Of a stretch of DNA of 64,000 nt, positions 26,869-41,408 are shown piece by piece. Position 1 is the first letter of the stretch; every line of letters starts with the position of its first letter. The translations under genes were made by a program, and so were the position numbers. The notes under the pieces were generated by a model, which saw only the letters and a list, made by a program, of their open reading frames with translations, had not been told where the DNA came from and did not search any database. Source of the stretch: the human T2T-CHM13v2.0 reference genome, Homo sapiens; the NCBI RefSeq assembly GCF_009914755.1, contig NC_060933.1. One strand, 5' to 3'.

Positions 26869-27336
26869 CTACAGATATTCAAAATCCTCCTACAAATTCC
26901 CATGAAAACCAAATAAAGAGGAAGAAGAGCATGTATGATAGTACTGGCTCACTTCCTAAAGACTCACTTTGACATATGGAATTTGTCTTTCATCCCTTCT
27001 GCTTTTCTCTGAAAATGTTACCTATCAAACTCTACCCCAGCGGACAGTAGTGCTCAGCTACCAGTTACAAAGACAAAACACTTCTAACTCGGAGGACATG
27101 GCATTAAGAATAGTTTTCCCACATGGAAAGCTCTAAACATAAGCATCGCTATGAATACTACCACTCCTTCTCCCCTAAAGTCAAATTTTCATCATGAAGA
27201 ATTAAAAATAGATCCTAAATCACAGCCCAAGTGAAAGCAAATACTCCTCTTATCAAAAGTTAAGTAGCAATTCAAATTTTGTTCTTAAAAATGTAAACCG
27301 TATACTACCCAGGCTTTGTAGTTCACACGGACCTAC

Positions 27337-27459
27337 CTTTATTAAGTACGAAGCCACAAGTGCCTCCATGAGAGTTCGCTGTGCCCCTTCCAAAGTACTA
27401 TACGCTCCAACCATCATAGATAAAGCTTCTTGAATAGCAAGTCGAGTCTCAGGCTCTTC
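27337..27459 (-). CDS. ECPAS: ECPAS coding exon, 123 nt ([14 protein letters not shown]...ASYLIK)
   Basis: TAG acceptor, AAG|GTAGGT donor, phase 0->0. Confidence 0.96.
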
Positions 27460-27549
27460 CTATAAAGATGATAAAAATGTTTCCCTCCTTGTTGGGTTCC
27501 CAGGGGAACATCCAAACACAAAGCATAAACTTAGCAGCTGTTTCCCTAC

Positions 27550-27616
27550 CTTGCAAAGGGCTTCAAAAAGCTGCTGCACAAGCGCTATATCCTTAGTGAA
27601 TAAATGTGGCATCCGA
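27550..27616 (-). CDS. ECPAS: ECPAS coding exon, 67 nt ([22 protein letters not shown])
   Basis: CAG acceptor, AAG|GTAGGG donor, phase 2->0. Confidence 0.95.
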
Positions 27617-28614
27617 CTGCAAAAGAATGTAAAAATATTGTTACTATCATAAATTTCCAAGAGATGAAAAAGGGAAAAAATGAAACTAAACACAAATTTT
27701 CCTGAACTCTCTGAAGACAATGTCAGCATCATTACCCGCTCTGAGAGCCAAAAATTTTTCCAAGTATTTAATTCTTTAATCCAAATAACCCTTGATTAAC
27801 ACGCACATCTTCCAAATATCCCCTCTATAATATTCCATGCATTCAGTTAACATTTCTGATTTTAACGTGAAGAAATTAGGTAAGACCAAACTGTGATCTA
27901 AACTAATGACTGTCGTGGAAAGGGGCTTTGTTACTTCATGCCAACAGACAAGGGACAAGGTTGGCTGACAACCCTGCACTATATCCACTGATCTGGGGTG
28001 GCTTTCTTCCAAACCCCAAAGCTCCTTTCACTGTAGAGAAGAGCAAGACCTGGTCTACACAGGCCAACACAAAACCTGCACTGGGCGTGGAAGCAGCACA
28101 TGGTGCCACTGAGAATGCTTCATCTCTATCTCCCTGCTTTCAAATACAGTGAAGGAAGATGAAGCCAGGAGGAACTGGAATGAGGAAATCACATTGAGAA
28201 GAAAAAAAAATCTGTCAGGGCCACTCAGAATCATAAACACCATTCTCAGAAAAGAGAATCACTAGAAAAACCTTGATCACTGGGTTTATAAAGATTAGTG
28301 CCAAGTAGCAACAAAAACACTTAAGGTCAATCAAAAGTCTCTAGGGTACAAAAAAAGTAACCCATTATGACACAATTAAGTTCAAACTCTCATTTCAAGA
28401 CCACCATTTAATACAGTAACATACCTTCAAATGTAAATTAAAATGTCTCACATCTTTTTCCTTCTACACAGAAGACATTTCTAAACAACCTATGACCATT
28501 AAATACATTCCCTTTCAGAATCACGACAAATTTATTCTCCGCCATTATTAAATGCCACATAATTTTTCTCTGTTTACCAACACCATATCTCTCACTAAAA
28601 AAGAGTTTACTCAC

Positions 28615-28664
28615 CTGGAGAGTTTTCCAACAGCTGAATATGCCATTGACAGTAGTTTAGGGTC
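28615..28664 (-). CDS. ECPAS: ECPAS coding exon, 50 nt (DPKLLSMAYSAVGKLSS)
   Basis: AAG acceptor after a long pyrimidine tract, CAG|GTGAGT donor, phase 0->2. Confidence 0.95.
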
Positions 28665-29654
28665 CTTGAAATTAAAAAAAGAAAAGAAAGAAAAGAAAGA
28701 ACAAAAAACAGACAAAACAAAAAATACAGTAAACAGTAAAACCTTTTCGCTGCAATTACATGCATTATTTTACTCCTTATTAAACCTAGGTCTCACTCTG
28801 TCTAACTACATGGTGTTAGCACCTGAACAACAACAAAAATGTCCAAACCCAGAATCCATCACACTAACTAAAAGGAAAAACAAGACAAAACCTTGCATCC
28901 CCAATCGCTCCAAAAAGAAAATGCAGTGGGCATAGATATGAAAGGTTTCTCTTAGCTGGTGCTGAGTTCAAGATATTTCAACACTATGTAACCTCCAAAC
29001 ACCAAAGTTCATCTTCAACACACTAAAAAACATTAACTCATTAGAAAATACATCACCGGTCCAACAGACTAGGATCCTCCGTCTCTCACCAAAATTGCAA
29101 TAAACTGTAGTGTGATCTTCTAAAAATCTACACTGTAATGAACAGCTTTCTATCATATTTTCTACCATAAAAAATTAAGAGGGTCATAATCACCAGGTGA
29201 ATTAGTGAGGTTCTCTCCTCAAGATACAGATAGAGTTTTACATGGTTTTACAAAAACTAATAATCTGATTACTCAGAACACAATAAACTTCTACCAGTTA
29301 AAGTTTATGTGTTTATCCTAGGATTTGCCCTTCCACATCTAAATGGCTACTCTTATGGATTCATCTGTTGGGAAGACATGCAGATGTCACCTGCAGGTAA
29401 GGGGACTCACACCCTGTGGTTTGTCTGGCCTCTCTAACTTACATTTAAATATACAGCTTCTCCCCAAGAGCCCCAGAACATTTTCATTTCTACCAATGAC
29501 TCTAAAGCATTTCACCATCTATGCCATAAAATAATCTGAGTGGTCCCCTAGATCTTAACCATGCAAGCATCACTCAATAGGAGAAAGAAGCTATGAGAAC
29601 CAGGCCTACTTACCACCCCAAAGCACAGCTGCACAGTAAATAAAGTGCCTTTCA

Positions 29655-29865
29655 CTAATAATACCTACTAACGTGCCTTGACTATGGTGAACAATTTAGG
29701 TAGATTAACTCATTCAATCTTCACAGTAATCTAATCAAGCAGTATTATTTTCATTTTTCTAATAAGAAGGTGCAAAGAATTTAAGTAACTCACCAAAGAA
29801 CAAAACTAGGATTCAAACTCAGTTCTAATTTCAGATGTAAGATCTTGATCTCACTATACTACTGC
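29655..29865 (-). mobile_element. MIR
   Basis: 'aactcattcaatcttcacagtaatc...ttaagtaactcacc...ggattcaaactc'. Confidence 0.7.
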
Positions 29866-30306
29866 AAACATGCATTCATGTTTAGCTTAGACTGGGGAAA
29901 ATAATGCTAATGAATTCTTGAAATATTACCTTTTTAAGCAAATTCCTTTTAAATATTGGAGATATTATAGTAAGAGAAATACAGCAGGGAAAAATGGGAT
30001 TCAAAAATCCACAGTCCAAGGAATCCTCATCCCATTTAGCTTAAGGAATCAAAAATTTACTGAATGCATGTTTTGACAGAATTTTGAATCATTAAAATCT
30101 CAGCCCCATTATTTACCAGAGAAAAATATAAAAGAAAAAAAGTATCTTAGCCCCTGAGAATTAACAGTTTCCCAACACAAGCCAAATCCAAATAGTCACA
30201 TAGGGAAATCAACATAAATTTCAATTCCTTTAATTCCATTTTTGCACAATAGCTAGAAGTAGCACAAAAGGTGCTGGCTGAAAAAATGCTATTTAAAGAT
30301 ACAGCA

Positions 30307-30618
30307 GGCTGGGCATGGTGGCTCATGCCTGTAATCCCAGCACTTAGGGAGGCCGAGGCAGGCGGATCACCTGAGGTCAGGAATTCAAGACCAGCCTGGC
30401 CTTGAGACGGCCAGTAGAGATGGCCAACCCATCTCTACTAAAAATACAAAAAATTAGCTGGGTGTGGTGGTGGCAGGTGCCTGTAATCCCAGCTACTCGG
30501 GAGGCTGAGGCAAGAGAATCACTTGAACCAGGAGCCGGAGGTTGCAGGGAGCTAAGATCATGCCATTGCACTCCAGCCTGGGCAACTAGAGCAAAACTCC
30601 ATCTCAAAAAAAAAAAAA
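30307..30618 (+). mobile_element. AluS with an internal templated insertion
   Basis: Alu dimer; TSD aaagata(c/t)ag(c/t)a. Confidence 0.95.
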
Positions 30619-30836
30619 GATATAGTAAGACCTCATATCAGTTTTTAACAGTTATTTCCCCCCAAAAAAGCAAAAAAGGGCAGTAATTTCTGAAATTTGT
30701 ACTATTTCAAGTAAAATGTTAAGGAACAGTGAAACTTTAACAAACTTTTAACTAACTACATTGACAGACCAGAAATATTATAGAAAATACTTTAAGATAT
30801 AAAATGTTGATAAAATTTAAAAGACAAGTCACTTAC

Positions 30837-30915
30837 CTCTTTGTATTCATTGATTAGCTTGGTGAGGCCATTCAAAAGCATTGGACCTAATGGCTTAATC
30901 TTGATTTCTGGACAG
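30837..30915 (-). CDS. ECPAS: ECPAS coding exon, 79 nt ([11 protein letters not shown]...NEYKE)
   Basis: AAG acceptor, GAG|GTAAGT donor, phase 2->0. Confidence 0.95.
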
Positions 30916-31161
30916 CTTTAAATAAAACACACATACACAAAGCAAGATAAGAATCTCATGACTACATATCTTTACGGATGATTACATAAAATAATGAGAG
31001 ACATAACCGAAATAAGTTAAATAATCTATTAAAATACAAAAATTTTTAAAGATGAGCAAACATGTTTTCTTTCTAGGTAAGATGAGTAAAACGATACACT
31101 TGAAGCACTCAATCATTCCAGCAGCTTGAAAACTTTATAGTTAAAATAGTTAAAGACTTAC

Positions 31162-31247
31162 GTTATACAAATATGATGCACAAATTGCAGGGATAATGTT
31201 CTTAACTTTGAATTTGTATTTGTACCAAAAAGTCCATCATACACCAC
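31162..31247 (-). CDS. ECPAS: ECPAS coding exon, 86 nt (VVYDGLFGTN...HHICIT)
   Basis: TAG acceptor, AAC|GTAAGT donor, phase 0->2. Confidence 0.95.
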
Positions 31248-31992
31248 CTATGTAAAATGAAGAGTTGAGAACATCAATTAATAAAAATAAGAATTTAATA
31301 TTTTTGAATAGTAATCAGAATTCAGCAGCAGACCTTTCATACTACATCTCGTTCTTCAACATTAATGCAGATACACATTATTAGCTGACCAACTTAGAAA
31401 GCCAATCAGAAGCTCCTATAAATAGTCTGTGGAGTAACAAACACAATGGTTGATCGCACAAGTCTGCAAAGATTGTGGGTCTACCACAGTGAGGAAACGA
31501 AGAGTACACACTGCAGTGGGTCACCACTCAGCTATTCCCTATGTTTCTTAATTATATGATTCAGGACAAATTCTAATAAAAGCTTCAGAGAAAACATACA
31601 AATGGAAATATTCTACAAGTGTCCCATTGGGGTAAAGGTGCTTCAAGTATTATGGAACCACATCTAGAAGGCAAAAAGATCATGCAGATGAGTCCTGTGC
31701 AGCATCCAGCAAGTTCAATATTAACCAACAACATCAAAAATATCTAAATCCCTCAAGTTCCTTTTTATGACAAAGATTACTTACACTAAAAAAAAAAAAA
31801 AAAACTCTACACTCTTGTTCCTAAAACTGCCAGCAGTATTCTGATCTTATTTAACAATAACATGTGAGTTACAGACTAGTATTGAGTATCTGCTTTATAA
31901 TTGCCACTGTGCTAGGTACTAAGAGATATAAAAAAGAACAAGCACTCAATCTTGTTGAAGAGTTAAGAGATACACACATTAAAATGATACAT

Positions 31993-32407
31993 AGCCAAGC
32001 ATGGTGGCTCACACCTACAGTCCCAGCTACTAGGGAGGCTAGGACGGGAGGATCACTTGAGCCCAAGCATTCAAGGCCAGTCTGGGCAACATAGCAAGAT
32101 CCTGTCTCACTTCAAAAAAAAAAAAAAAAATCCCAGCACTTTGGGAGGCCAAGGCAGGAAGATCACTTGAGCCCAGGAGTTCTAGACCAGCCTGGGCAAC
32201 ATAGTGAAACTCCATCTGTACAAAAAAATACAAAAATTAGCCAGGCATGGTGGCACATGCCTGTAGTCCCAGCTACTTGGGAGGCCTGGAGATGGGAGAA
32301 TCATTTGAGCTTGGGAGGCAGAGGCTGCAGTAAGCCTAGATCACACCACTACTGCACTCCAGTCTGGGTGGCACAGAAAGACTCCGTCTCCAAAAAAACC
32401 ACAAAAA
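31993..32407 (+). mobile_element. FLAM/Alu left monomer followed by a 5'-truncated AluJ in its tail
   Basis: Monomer, A tail, then the 'atcccagcactttgggagg' dimer. Confidence 0.88.
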
Positions 32408-32454
32408 GATATGGGACAAAATATAATCAAGTGCTACATTATTTGAAACAGACT

Positions 32455-32605
32455 TTTTTTTTAGCTACTCGGGAGGCTGAGGTGGAAGGATCACTTCAGC
32501 CTGGGAGGTAGAGGCTGAGTGAGACAAGATTGTGCCACTGCACTCCAGCCTGAGCAACACAGTGAGACCCTGTCTCAGAAAAAAAAAAAAAAGCAATGAA
32601 AAAGA
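32455..32605 (+). mobile_element. Alu right-arm fragment
   Basis: TSD AAACAGACT (32446-32454, 32606-32614). Confidence 0.88.
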
Positions 32606-32920
32606 AAACAGACTGAATGTGGGCCAAGACTAGAGGCAGGAAGGTAAGTTAAAAGAATACTGCAATAACCAAAACAAGAAGTAATAGTTTGAATTAATAG
32701 CAGCATTATAGGCATAGAGAAGTGAAGACATTAAGATGAAATCAAGAGGATTTGGCCACTGCCTTCAAGTGAGCTTTCAGTTAAGGATGACTCAGCTTTG
32801 TCACTTAAGTGACTAAGTTGCTAATGATACCATTTTTGGAGAAAAGCCACACATAAAAAAAAACCTTGTCTGAAAGGGATTATTACCATACATTTAAGAT
32901 AAATGGAAGCCAATATAGCA

Positions 32921-33273
32921 TAGGTTAAGTGTTCCTTACTGGAAATGCTTAGGATCAGAAGTGTTTTGAGATTTCAGATTTTTTCAGATTTTGGAATATG
33001 TGTACATACATAAAGAGATATCCTGGGGATGAAACCCAAATCTAAAGATGAAATTCACTGACATTTTCTATACACCTTATGCACATAGCCTGAAGGTAAT
33101 TTATACAATATTTTAAATAATTTTGTGCATGAAGTAAAGTTTTGACTGTTTTAATGCAATCCATCACATGAGACCAGGTATGGAATTTTGCACTTGGAGC
33201 ATCATGTCAGTACAAAGTTTTGGACTTTGGAGCATTTAGGATTTCAGATTTTCTAATTAGAGATGCTCAACCT
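32921..33273. mobile_element. Tigger4b/MER46-like (Zombi) element
   Basis: TIRs taggttaag... / gatgctcaacct; TA flanks. Confidence 0.8.
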
Positions 33274-33460
33274 ATATATATTTTCTGATAATTTTTTAAA
33301 AATCATATTGCAGCAAATTTAAGATAGAAAAAAAGAATCTCATTAATCTTGTTATATACATCAACCTACCCACTGAATATCCATTAACACAGTTCTTTCT
33401 CTAATTAAATAGACATAAAAGTTGCAGACAGGCCAATATTCTCTGGAAAAAACAAATTAC

Positions 33461-33580
33461 CTGAATGTTGGCTGGGAACGTTTCAGCAGCTTGTCTAGAG
33501 CGGAGGAGATGGGGGACAATCTTTAACTTGACTCTTGTACTGACAGGGTCCCTTTTCAACTCTGGCTTCAGAACTGCACC
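33461..33580 (-). CDS. ECPAS: ECPAS coding exon, 120 nt ([12 protein letters not shown]...FPANIQ)
   Basis: CAG acceptor, CAG|GTAATT donor, phase 0->0. Confidence 0.96.
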
Positions 33581-33659
33581 CTGTTGAAAATATGCTTGAT
33601 TATAACTCAGCAATTCAAAATTATTTTGAACTGAAAATGTCATGAGAATTCATCTTAAT

Positions 33660-34906
33660 CAGTGGTCTCTCAAACTTTGTTTCAAGATCCCTTTACACTC
33701 TTAAAAATTACTGAACTCTCCAAAGAGCTTCTGTTTATATCTGTGTAACCTATCAATATTTACTATACGGGAAATTAAAACTGAGAAATTTTAACATATT
33801 TGTTTACTCACAATTATTAATAAACTCATTATTTTCAAAACTAACATTTTTATAAAAAATAACTATTTTCCAAAGCAAAAAAAATTGTACTGAGGGAGAA
33901 GCACTGTTTTACATTGTCTACTAATCTCTTCAATGTTCGCCTTACTACAAGAGAAATGAATTTTTATATATTCTTCTGTATTCAATCTGCTATAATACAT
34001 TGTTTTGGTTGAAATAAGTAACAAAAACCTCGCTTGCACAGATATGTGTGGTTGGAAAAGTGGAGATGATTTTAGCTTTCTTAGGTAATTGTGGACATTC
34101 TTTTTTCATACTACACCAAAACTTGACAAATAATAATTTCTTAACAGTTAATTGCTTATTTTTAAAAAATGAAAAAAAAAAGGTTAGTTGCAATTTGGAG
34201 TTGAAACCATATCAATGAACTTTTGTATACTCTTATACTATATTCCACTGGTTATCTTACTCTGAATGGCTCCCTTGTCCTTATATGCTTTTGTAACATC
34301 ATTCTTCATGTGCACAATACTGGCTCACTGAGTTAAGCAAATGTTTCTTCATACATACATTTTTTTTCACAAAGCCTGTGCTCATATCACCTGTGTTCTA
34401 ACGGCATCAGAAAAATCTACTAAGTACTGATAAGCTATCAAATCACTGTGGTGAATACAAGTTTCTCAAAACTCTAATTTTTGCTTGAAAGCTAACTTTT
34501 ATCATTGCCAATAAATCATGTTGTTTTTCTTGAAGTAACAAGCTCATTTTTTTCCCTTTTAGAGAAAGTATGCACCAAATACCCATCTCGGTAGCTATAA
34601 TTTGCCTGTCTACTCTTCAAGTAAAGTCATTTTTACTGCTTCATCAAGGATGTTCTTAAGTAAAGCTGAGTTTTATTCTCTTTTTTTTTTTAAATGAGTA
34701 CATAACACTGAAGAATAGAATAACTGTTAGTCATCTGGTGACATGGCTTTGATATGTGGTAGGAACCTAGCAAGTACACTCACCATTGCTTTTGTACCAT
34801 GAGTGCAAATATTGACACAGTACAAAAAGAAAAGGCCTTCACAGACTGCCTAAAAGGTGTTTTGTGACCCTAAAAAGGTCCATGGACCACACTGTGAGAA
34901 CCACTA
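33660..34906. mobile_element. Charlie1-like hAT transposon remnant
   Basis: TIRs cagtggtctctcaaac / tgagaaccacta; 'cctttacactcttaaaaatta'. Confidence 0.8.
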
Positions 34907-35139
34907 ATCTAATCCAACCCCTTCATTTTCTACATGAAGAACATGAGGCCAGGAAAAGTTATGTGATCAGCCAAACCTTTCCTCCCCAGCACATTCATGT
35001 GTACAGCCATTTGGGGCTAGAATTCATAGGTCCTGATTCCCAATTCATTGTTATTTCTGCTTTACCACACTCAATCTAATCTAACCAGGGCTAATATTGA
35101 TTTTTAAAACAAGTATTTATGGTTTAAAAAGCAAAAAGG

Positions 35140-35266
35140 CAGACAGGTGCAGTGGTGTGCACCTGTAGTCACAGCTACTCAAGAGACTGAGGCAGGAGCA
35201 CAGCTTAAGCCCAGAAGTTCAAGTCCAGCCTAGGCAACATAGCTAAACCCCAACTCAAACAAAAAA
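35140..35266 (+). mobile_element. FLAM_A monomer
   Basis: Alu monomer with A tail. Confidence 0.8.
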
Positions 35267-35425
35267 GAGCAAGAATGCAAGCATGCAAACAAATAATCCT
35301 TGTATATCTGGGTTTGGACCTGGAATACTTTTAAACACAGTGAACTAAAAAGAACTCACGTTAGTAAGGCAAAGGTCTTACTTTGAGGCTTTAGAAGGAC
35401 CTATCTTTTGTTCTAGATTCTAGAC

Positions 35426-35739
35426 CAGAAGTCTGCAAACTATAGCCCACAGTCCGAATCTGGCCCACCATTTATTCTGATAATGTCTATGAGTTAAGCA
35501 TCATTTTTACATTTTGTAATGGTTAAAAAATATCAAAGGAATATATTTTGTAATATATGAAAACTACACAAAATTCAAACATCAGTATCCACAATGTTTT
35601 ACCGGCACACAATCATGCTCATTCGGTTATGTATTGCCTATAGTTGCTTTCATGTTACAAGAGTTCAGCAGCTGCAACCTGAGAGACCATAAGGCCTGCA
35701 AAGCCTACAAAATTTACAGAAAAAATTTGTCAATCCCTA
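35426..35739 (-). mobile_element. MER58B-like hAT MITE
   Basis: Reverse orientation relative to the 17802 copy; TSD (t/c)tctagac. Confidence 0.82.
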
Positions 35740-35965
35740 CTCTAGACAGTTTGTCATTGTTATTTAGGAATCTGAATTTACAACACAAGATCCAGTAAAC
35801 TAAATTACCAGGTTTTAATTCATCTAAACTAGCATGACTTAAAACTAGCATTTTGTTATAGCACAGATTCAGCTTAAATGAAACTAGAAGAAAATGTATA
35901 AATACGCAGTTCATGTCAACAAACTACTTTTTACGCTGATGTGAGAATAAATCAAAACAACCTAC

Positions 35966-36047
35966 CTCTTTTGTCTTCAGTGGTATATCTCCAAGGTACA
36001 CCTTGTACATCTTATTAATGATGGCAGGATTATTCCAGTCAATTAAG
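35966..36047 (-). CDS. ECPAS: ECPAS coding exon, 82 nt ([12 protein letters not shown]...PLKTKE)
   Basis: TAG acceptor, GAG|GTAGGT donor, phase 2->0. Confidence 0.95.
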
Positions 36048-36694
36048 CTATGGAAGGTTTCAACACAGGTTGTTAAAATTATTTTTCCCCCTCCTTCAGT
36101 GATTTCAAAAAAATTATAGCCCCAACATTTCTTAACAAAAGAAAATGTTAGAAACACACAAATGAAATGGGCAATTGACATTGTAGAAGAGAAGGAAAAG
36201 AAAGGGACTAATTTCTATCAAAGTATGTTTTTATACCAAAACAAATACAAATCACTTATCCCACCCAGACTCAACAGATTATTGTATCCAATGGCACAAT
36301 TTGGTACCACAAGAACACTGGACACTGTTCCTACATAGATGGGTTCTCAGGCCAATGGCATGGAGCAACTCCAACAGAGCAGAGCTTTACTACACTTGTT
36401 CAAAGAGGCCTGGGGCAGGGTAGGATTCGTCTGTTTAACCATTTGGCAGTTCAAAAGTGATAAGGAAAGTGACAAAAAAATTTTTACCCATGAAATTAAA
36501 GCCACATCTAGGAAGCTTGCAAGCCACCGTATTTCTCTAACGTCACTGTGATTCCCAGCATCCCCCTCCTTCCTTATCTACCAGTACACACTTGCAGTTT
36601 TAATTCTGCAGAGTAGTTATGCTATCAGTCACTAAGACTTAATTCTATTTGGGCCCCACAATAAGGTGAATTCAGATATAAGGTGATTGGTGAC

Positions 36695-36996
<302 letters not shown>

Positions 36997-37704
36997 GATG
37001 ATTGGTGATTCGTTCCCACCCTCTGCAGCAGATCCCACCCACTCATTTCATAAACCTAGCAATAATGTAATCCTTCCTTTCATTTGACTGGTTTACCATA
37101 CTATATTCTCTCTGCCCTTTGACATTGGTTCTGCTTTCAAGCTATCCTGTGTTTGTGCAAACACAACAGATGAAGCTACTTTAACTGCTTTTTGGATTTA
37201 TCTTCTTTCATAGTTTATAAATATGCTTCTTCTTAGAATAGCCACAATTCCGCTATCCTCAGAGGCATTCTACAATTCTGTTTTAGATATGATTCACCTA
37301 CATCTTTCCTCAGCTGATTGCTACTAACTAATCCTCAAGCTCCGCCGTTGCTTTTCTTTCATAATACTTGTGGTTTAGAGATTTCAGACAAAACAAACAC
37401 TTTAGTAAAACAAACTAAAAACTTAGTAGTAATTAACTTCATTCATATTTTGGCAAATATATAATATTCCATAAAGATACATACAGTAATTTACTTAACT
37501 ATATCCCCATTATGGAAAACTGAATTTGTTTTCATATTTTAACAATGATAGAAAATGATATAATGAACAAATCTATAAAATTTTTCTAAATCTCTTTCTG
37601 CTTTTGAATAATTTCCTTAGGATAAATTCCCAGAATATTGAGATAAAAGGATAGAAATATCTTTATGATTCATTACTTATTGCAAACTGCTTTCCAAAAC
37701 TTCA

Positions 37705-38101
<397 letters not shown>

Positions 38102-38113
38102 CTACTGGTATCC

Positions 38114-38161
38114 CATTCATTTATTTTTCATTGACTTCATTCATTTATTTTTCATTGACTT
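38114..38161. repeat. Perfect 24-bp tandem duplication (cattcatttatttttcattgactt x2)
   Basis: Directly visible. Confidence 0.9.
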
Positions 38162-38650
38162 TATTTCTTATACAGAATATTTTCTATAAGTCTATTTCCT
38201 ATCTGTATCTCCTCGTGTGTGAATTAGAATCTATTCAGCAACTCTTTTCATGAATGTAATTTTCACTGTATTAACCATAATACATACATAGTCTTTATTA
38301 AAAGTAATCTCGAATGGTTTGAGACACAGAAAAAAATAAAAATTAGTTTCTTGGAACTGACACTTTTCTTAACATCAATTCTTTAAGTTCATCTACCTAG
38401 CCAAAAGTCTCATTGATTGTGATGACATTCCTAACCTATTGCAGCTATAAACAGATCTCCACACAGATTTTCTTCTCTGTCTTACACAGAATTCAACTCT
38501 TTAGCAAACTTGATTACAAACTAGGTATATTTAATAATCTCCTCTAAGTTGAATGCCTCATTACAAAAAATCCTTAAACAAAAAATGTGTCAAGTAAGTT
38601 TTTAGAAATGTAGTCCTTTCAATCTTGAAAGTTTACAGGGAAGTAGTTAC

Positions 38651-38790
38651 CTCTGTTTGCTTTTCAATTCCAGGTCTGCTGCCGTTGCCACACTGTGGCG
38701 TGTATCACTAGAGGCAATCACCAAGTGGAGAACAGCTTCAAGTTCAGGCACCTGTTCAGCTTCTATGAATTTCACGATTCCCAATTTGCA
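38651..38790 (-). CDS. ECPAS: ECPAS coding exon, 140 nt ([13 protein letters not shown]...ELKSKQS)
   Basis: CAG acceptor, GAG|GTAACT donor, phase 0->2. Confidence 0.96.
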
Positions 38791-38894
38791 CTGTAGATAA
38801 ATGAAGGGAAGGAGAAAGAACAGTCAGGGGAGCAAAGGACACCCACTGAAAGTACTGCTTAACATATCAGTGTGGTCACAAGCCAAAGATGAGC

Positions 38895-39120
38895 AGTAAC
38901 AACAGTAGCAGCTCCTACTTAGGCTTACAATGTGCCGGGGACTGTACTAAAGCACATATATTCATAATTTCACTTAATCCTCACAATAATAAATCAATCA
39001 TTATACCCATTTTTTAGCTAAAAATACCGAGGCAAGGCTTAAAAGATTAAGACACTGGTAAACGACGATGGCAGGATTCAAACCCAAGCCTCTCTGACTC
39101 CAAAATTATTATGATACACA
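38895..39120 (-). mobile_element. MIR
   Basis: 'ttaatcctcacaa...ggattcaaacccaag...ctgactcc'. Confidence 0.7.
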
Positions 39121-39982
39121 GCCTCCCTAGTGAGGTTACACAGCCTCTCTAGAGTGATGAAGTCTTGAAGTCCAAATTTGGGGCCTCCAGATAAGAGGGT
39201 GGTACACTAGGAATATAGTGCTCCATGGATTTTTCTGACAGTTCAAAAAAGAACTAAACAACTCACATTCCATGGAGTTTCACTCTATTGCTTACATACA
39301 AAGGATATGACTTCAAATGTTAGCTACTCAATGCAAGTGAAATTCTAATCAAACAGTTTTCAATTTAATTGACTGGCTGAAATGAAACAGACTAGAGAGA
39401 TTCTGCTTAGAACTTCATGCAATGTGAAGATGCTATGAATTTCACTACAAATGACTCTATTTAGGATAAATACACCTGAAAAAATAAAGTTTCATTTTCA
39501 TCTTAAAAAATCAGTCACATAACAGTTTTTACATATACTAGGATTAATAAAGTTTACAATTATTAAATGAGAAAAAAATGCAACTTAAAAAAGCATAACA
39601 GATCAAAAAAGGGCCTGCCTTCCCTCCCCTGCTCGATACAACTTACTTTTAACAACAGCTACAACAGAAAAGATTCAAACATTTGTACAGCCACAAAAAG
39701 GACACATGGAAGTCAAGTACACAAAGATATAAACTAAACAAAAAATGTGTAAAGAAAACTGAAAATGATACAGATGTCCATCAATAGGAGACTGGTTAAA
39801 ACATATCACATATAATTGTAAACAAACATTAAAAAGAATTACTTTTTTAAAAATCCAAAATATTATTCAACATAAAAAGCAAACTACAAATAATGTATTA
39901 CATGACAAGTAGAAATGTATTGTTTAAAACGGTGAACACACACACATGCACAGAGCAAAACTGTAGACAGATGACAAACTAG

Positions 39983-40619
<637 letters not shown>

Positions 40620-41097
40620 CCTTAATTTTTAATTTCTCTACTATTCTTAACTACTTGAATATTTACATTGTTTATAATTGGAAAAAACATGTTTTCCTTG
40701 GAAGAAAAAGTATAAAACAAAGAGATATTTTAAAATTAGAGGAAAATAGCTTTCATCCCTGAAACTAAACTGTTCGTTTCAGCACTAGATTATGAAACTG
40801 ACAAAACACATACAGAGGCATATTGGCAAATAATGACCAATTTAAGATTGTAATTGAACAATAACAATTTTTCTCCAGCATTTGTAGCTTTAACCCTTAG
40901 ATAATCCTAGGTTCAAAGCCTGGTACTAAAAGTGAGACCCTGGTAAATCTCAAAACCTCCATGCCTTTCAGAAAATGGAACTAACAATTTCTATACCTTA
41001 CTGGGTTGCTCCGAGGGTTAAATGAGATATTGTATTCAAAGTACCCGGTACGGTGCCTGTCACATAGATTGCACTCAATAAAGAGTAGCTTCAGTAA

Positions 41098-41408
<311 letters not shown>

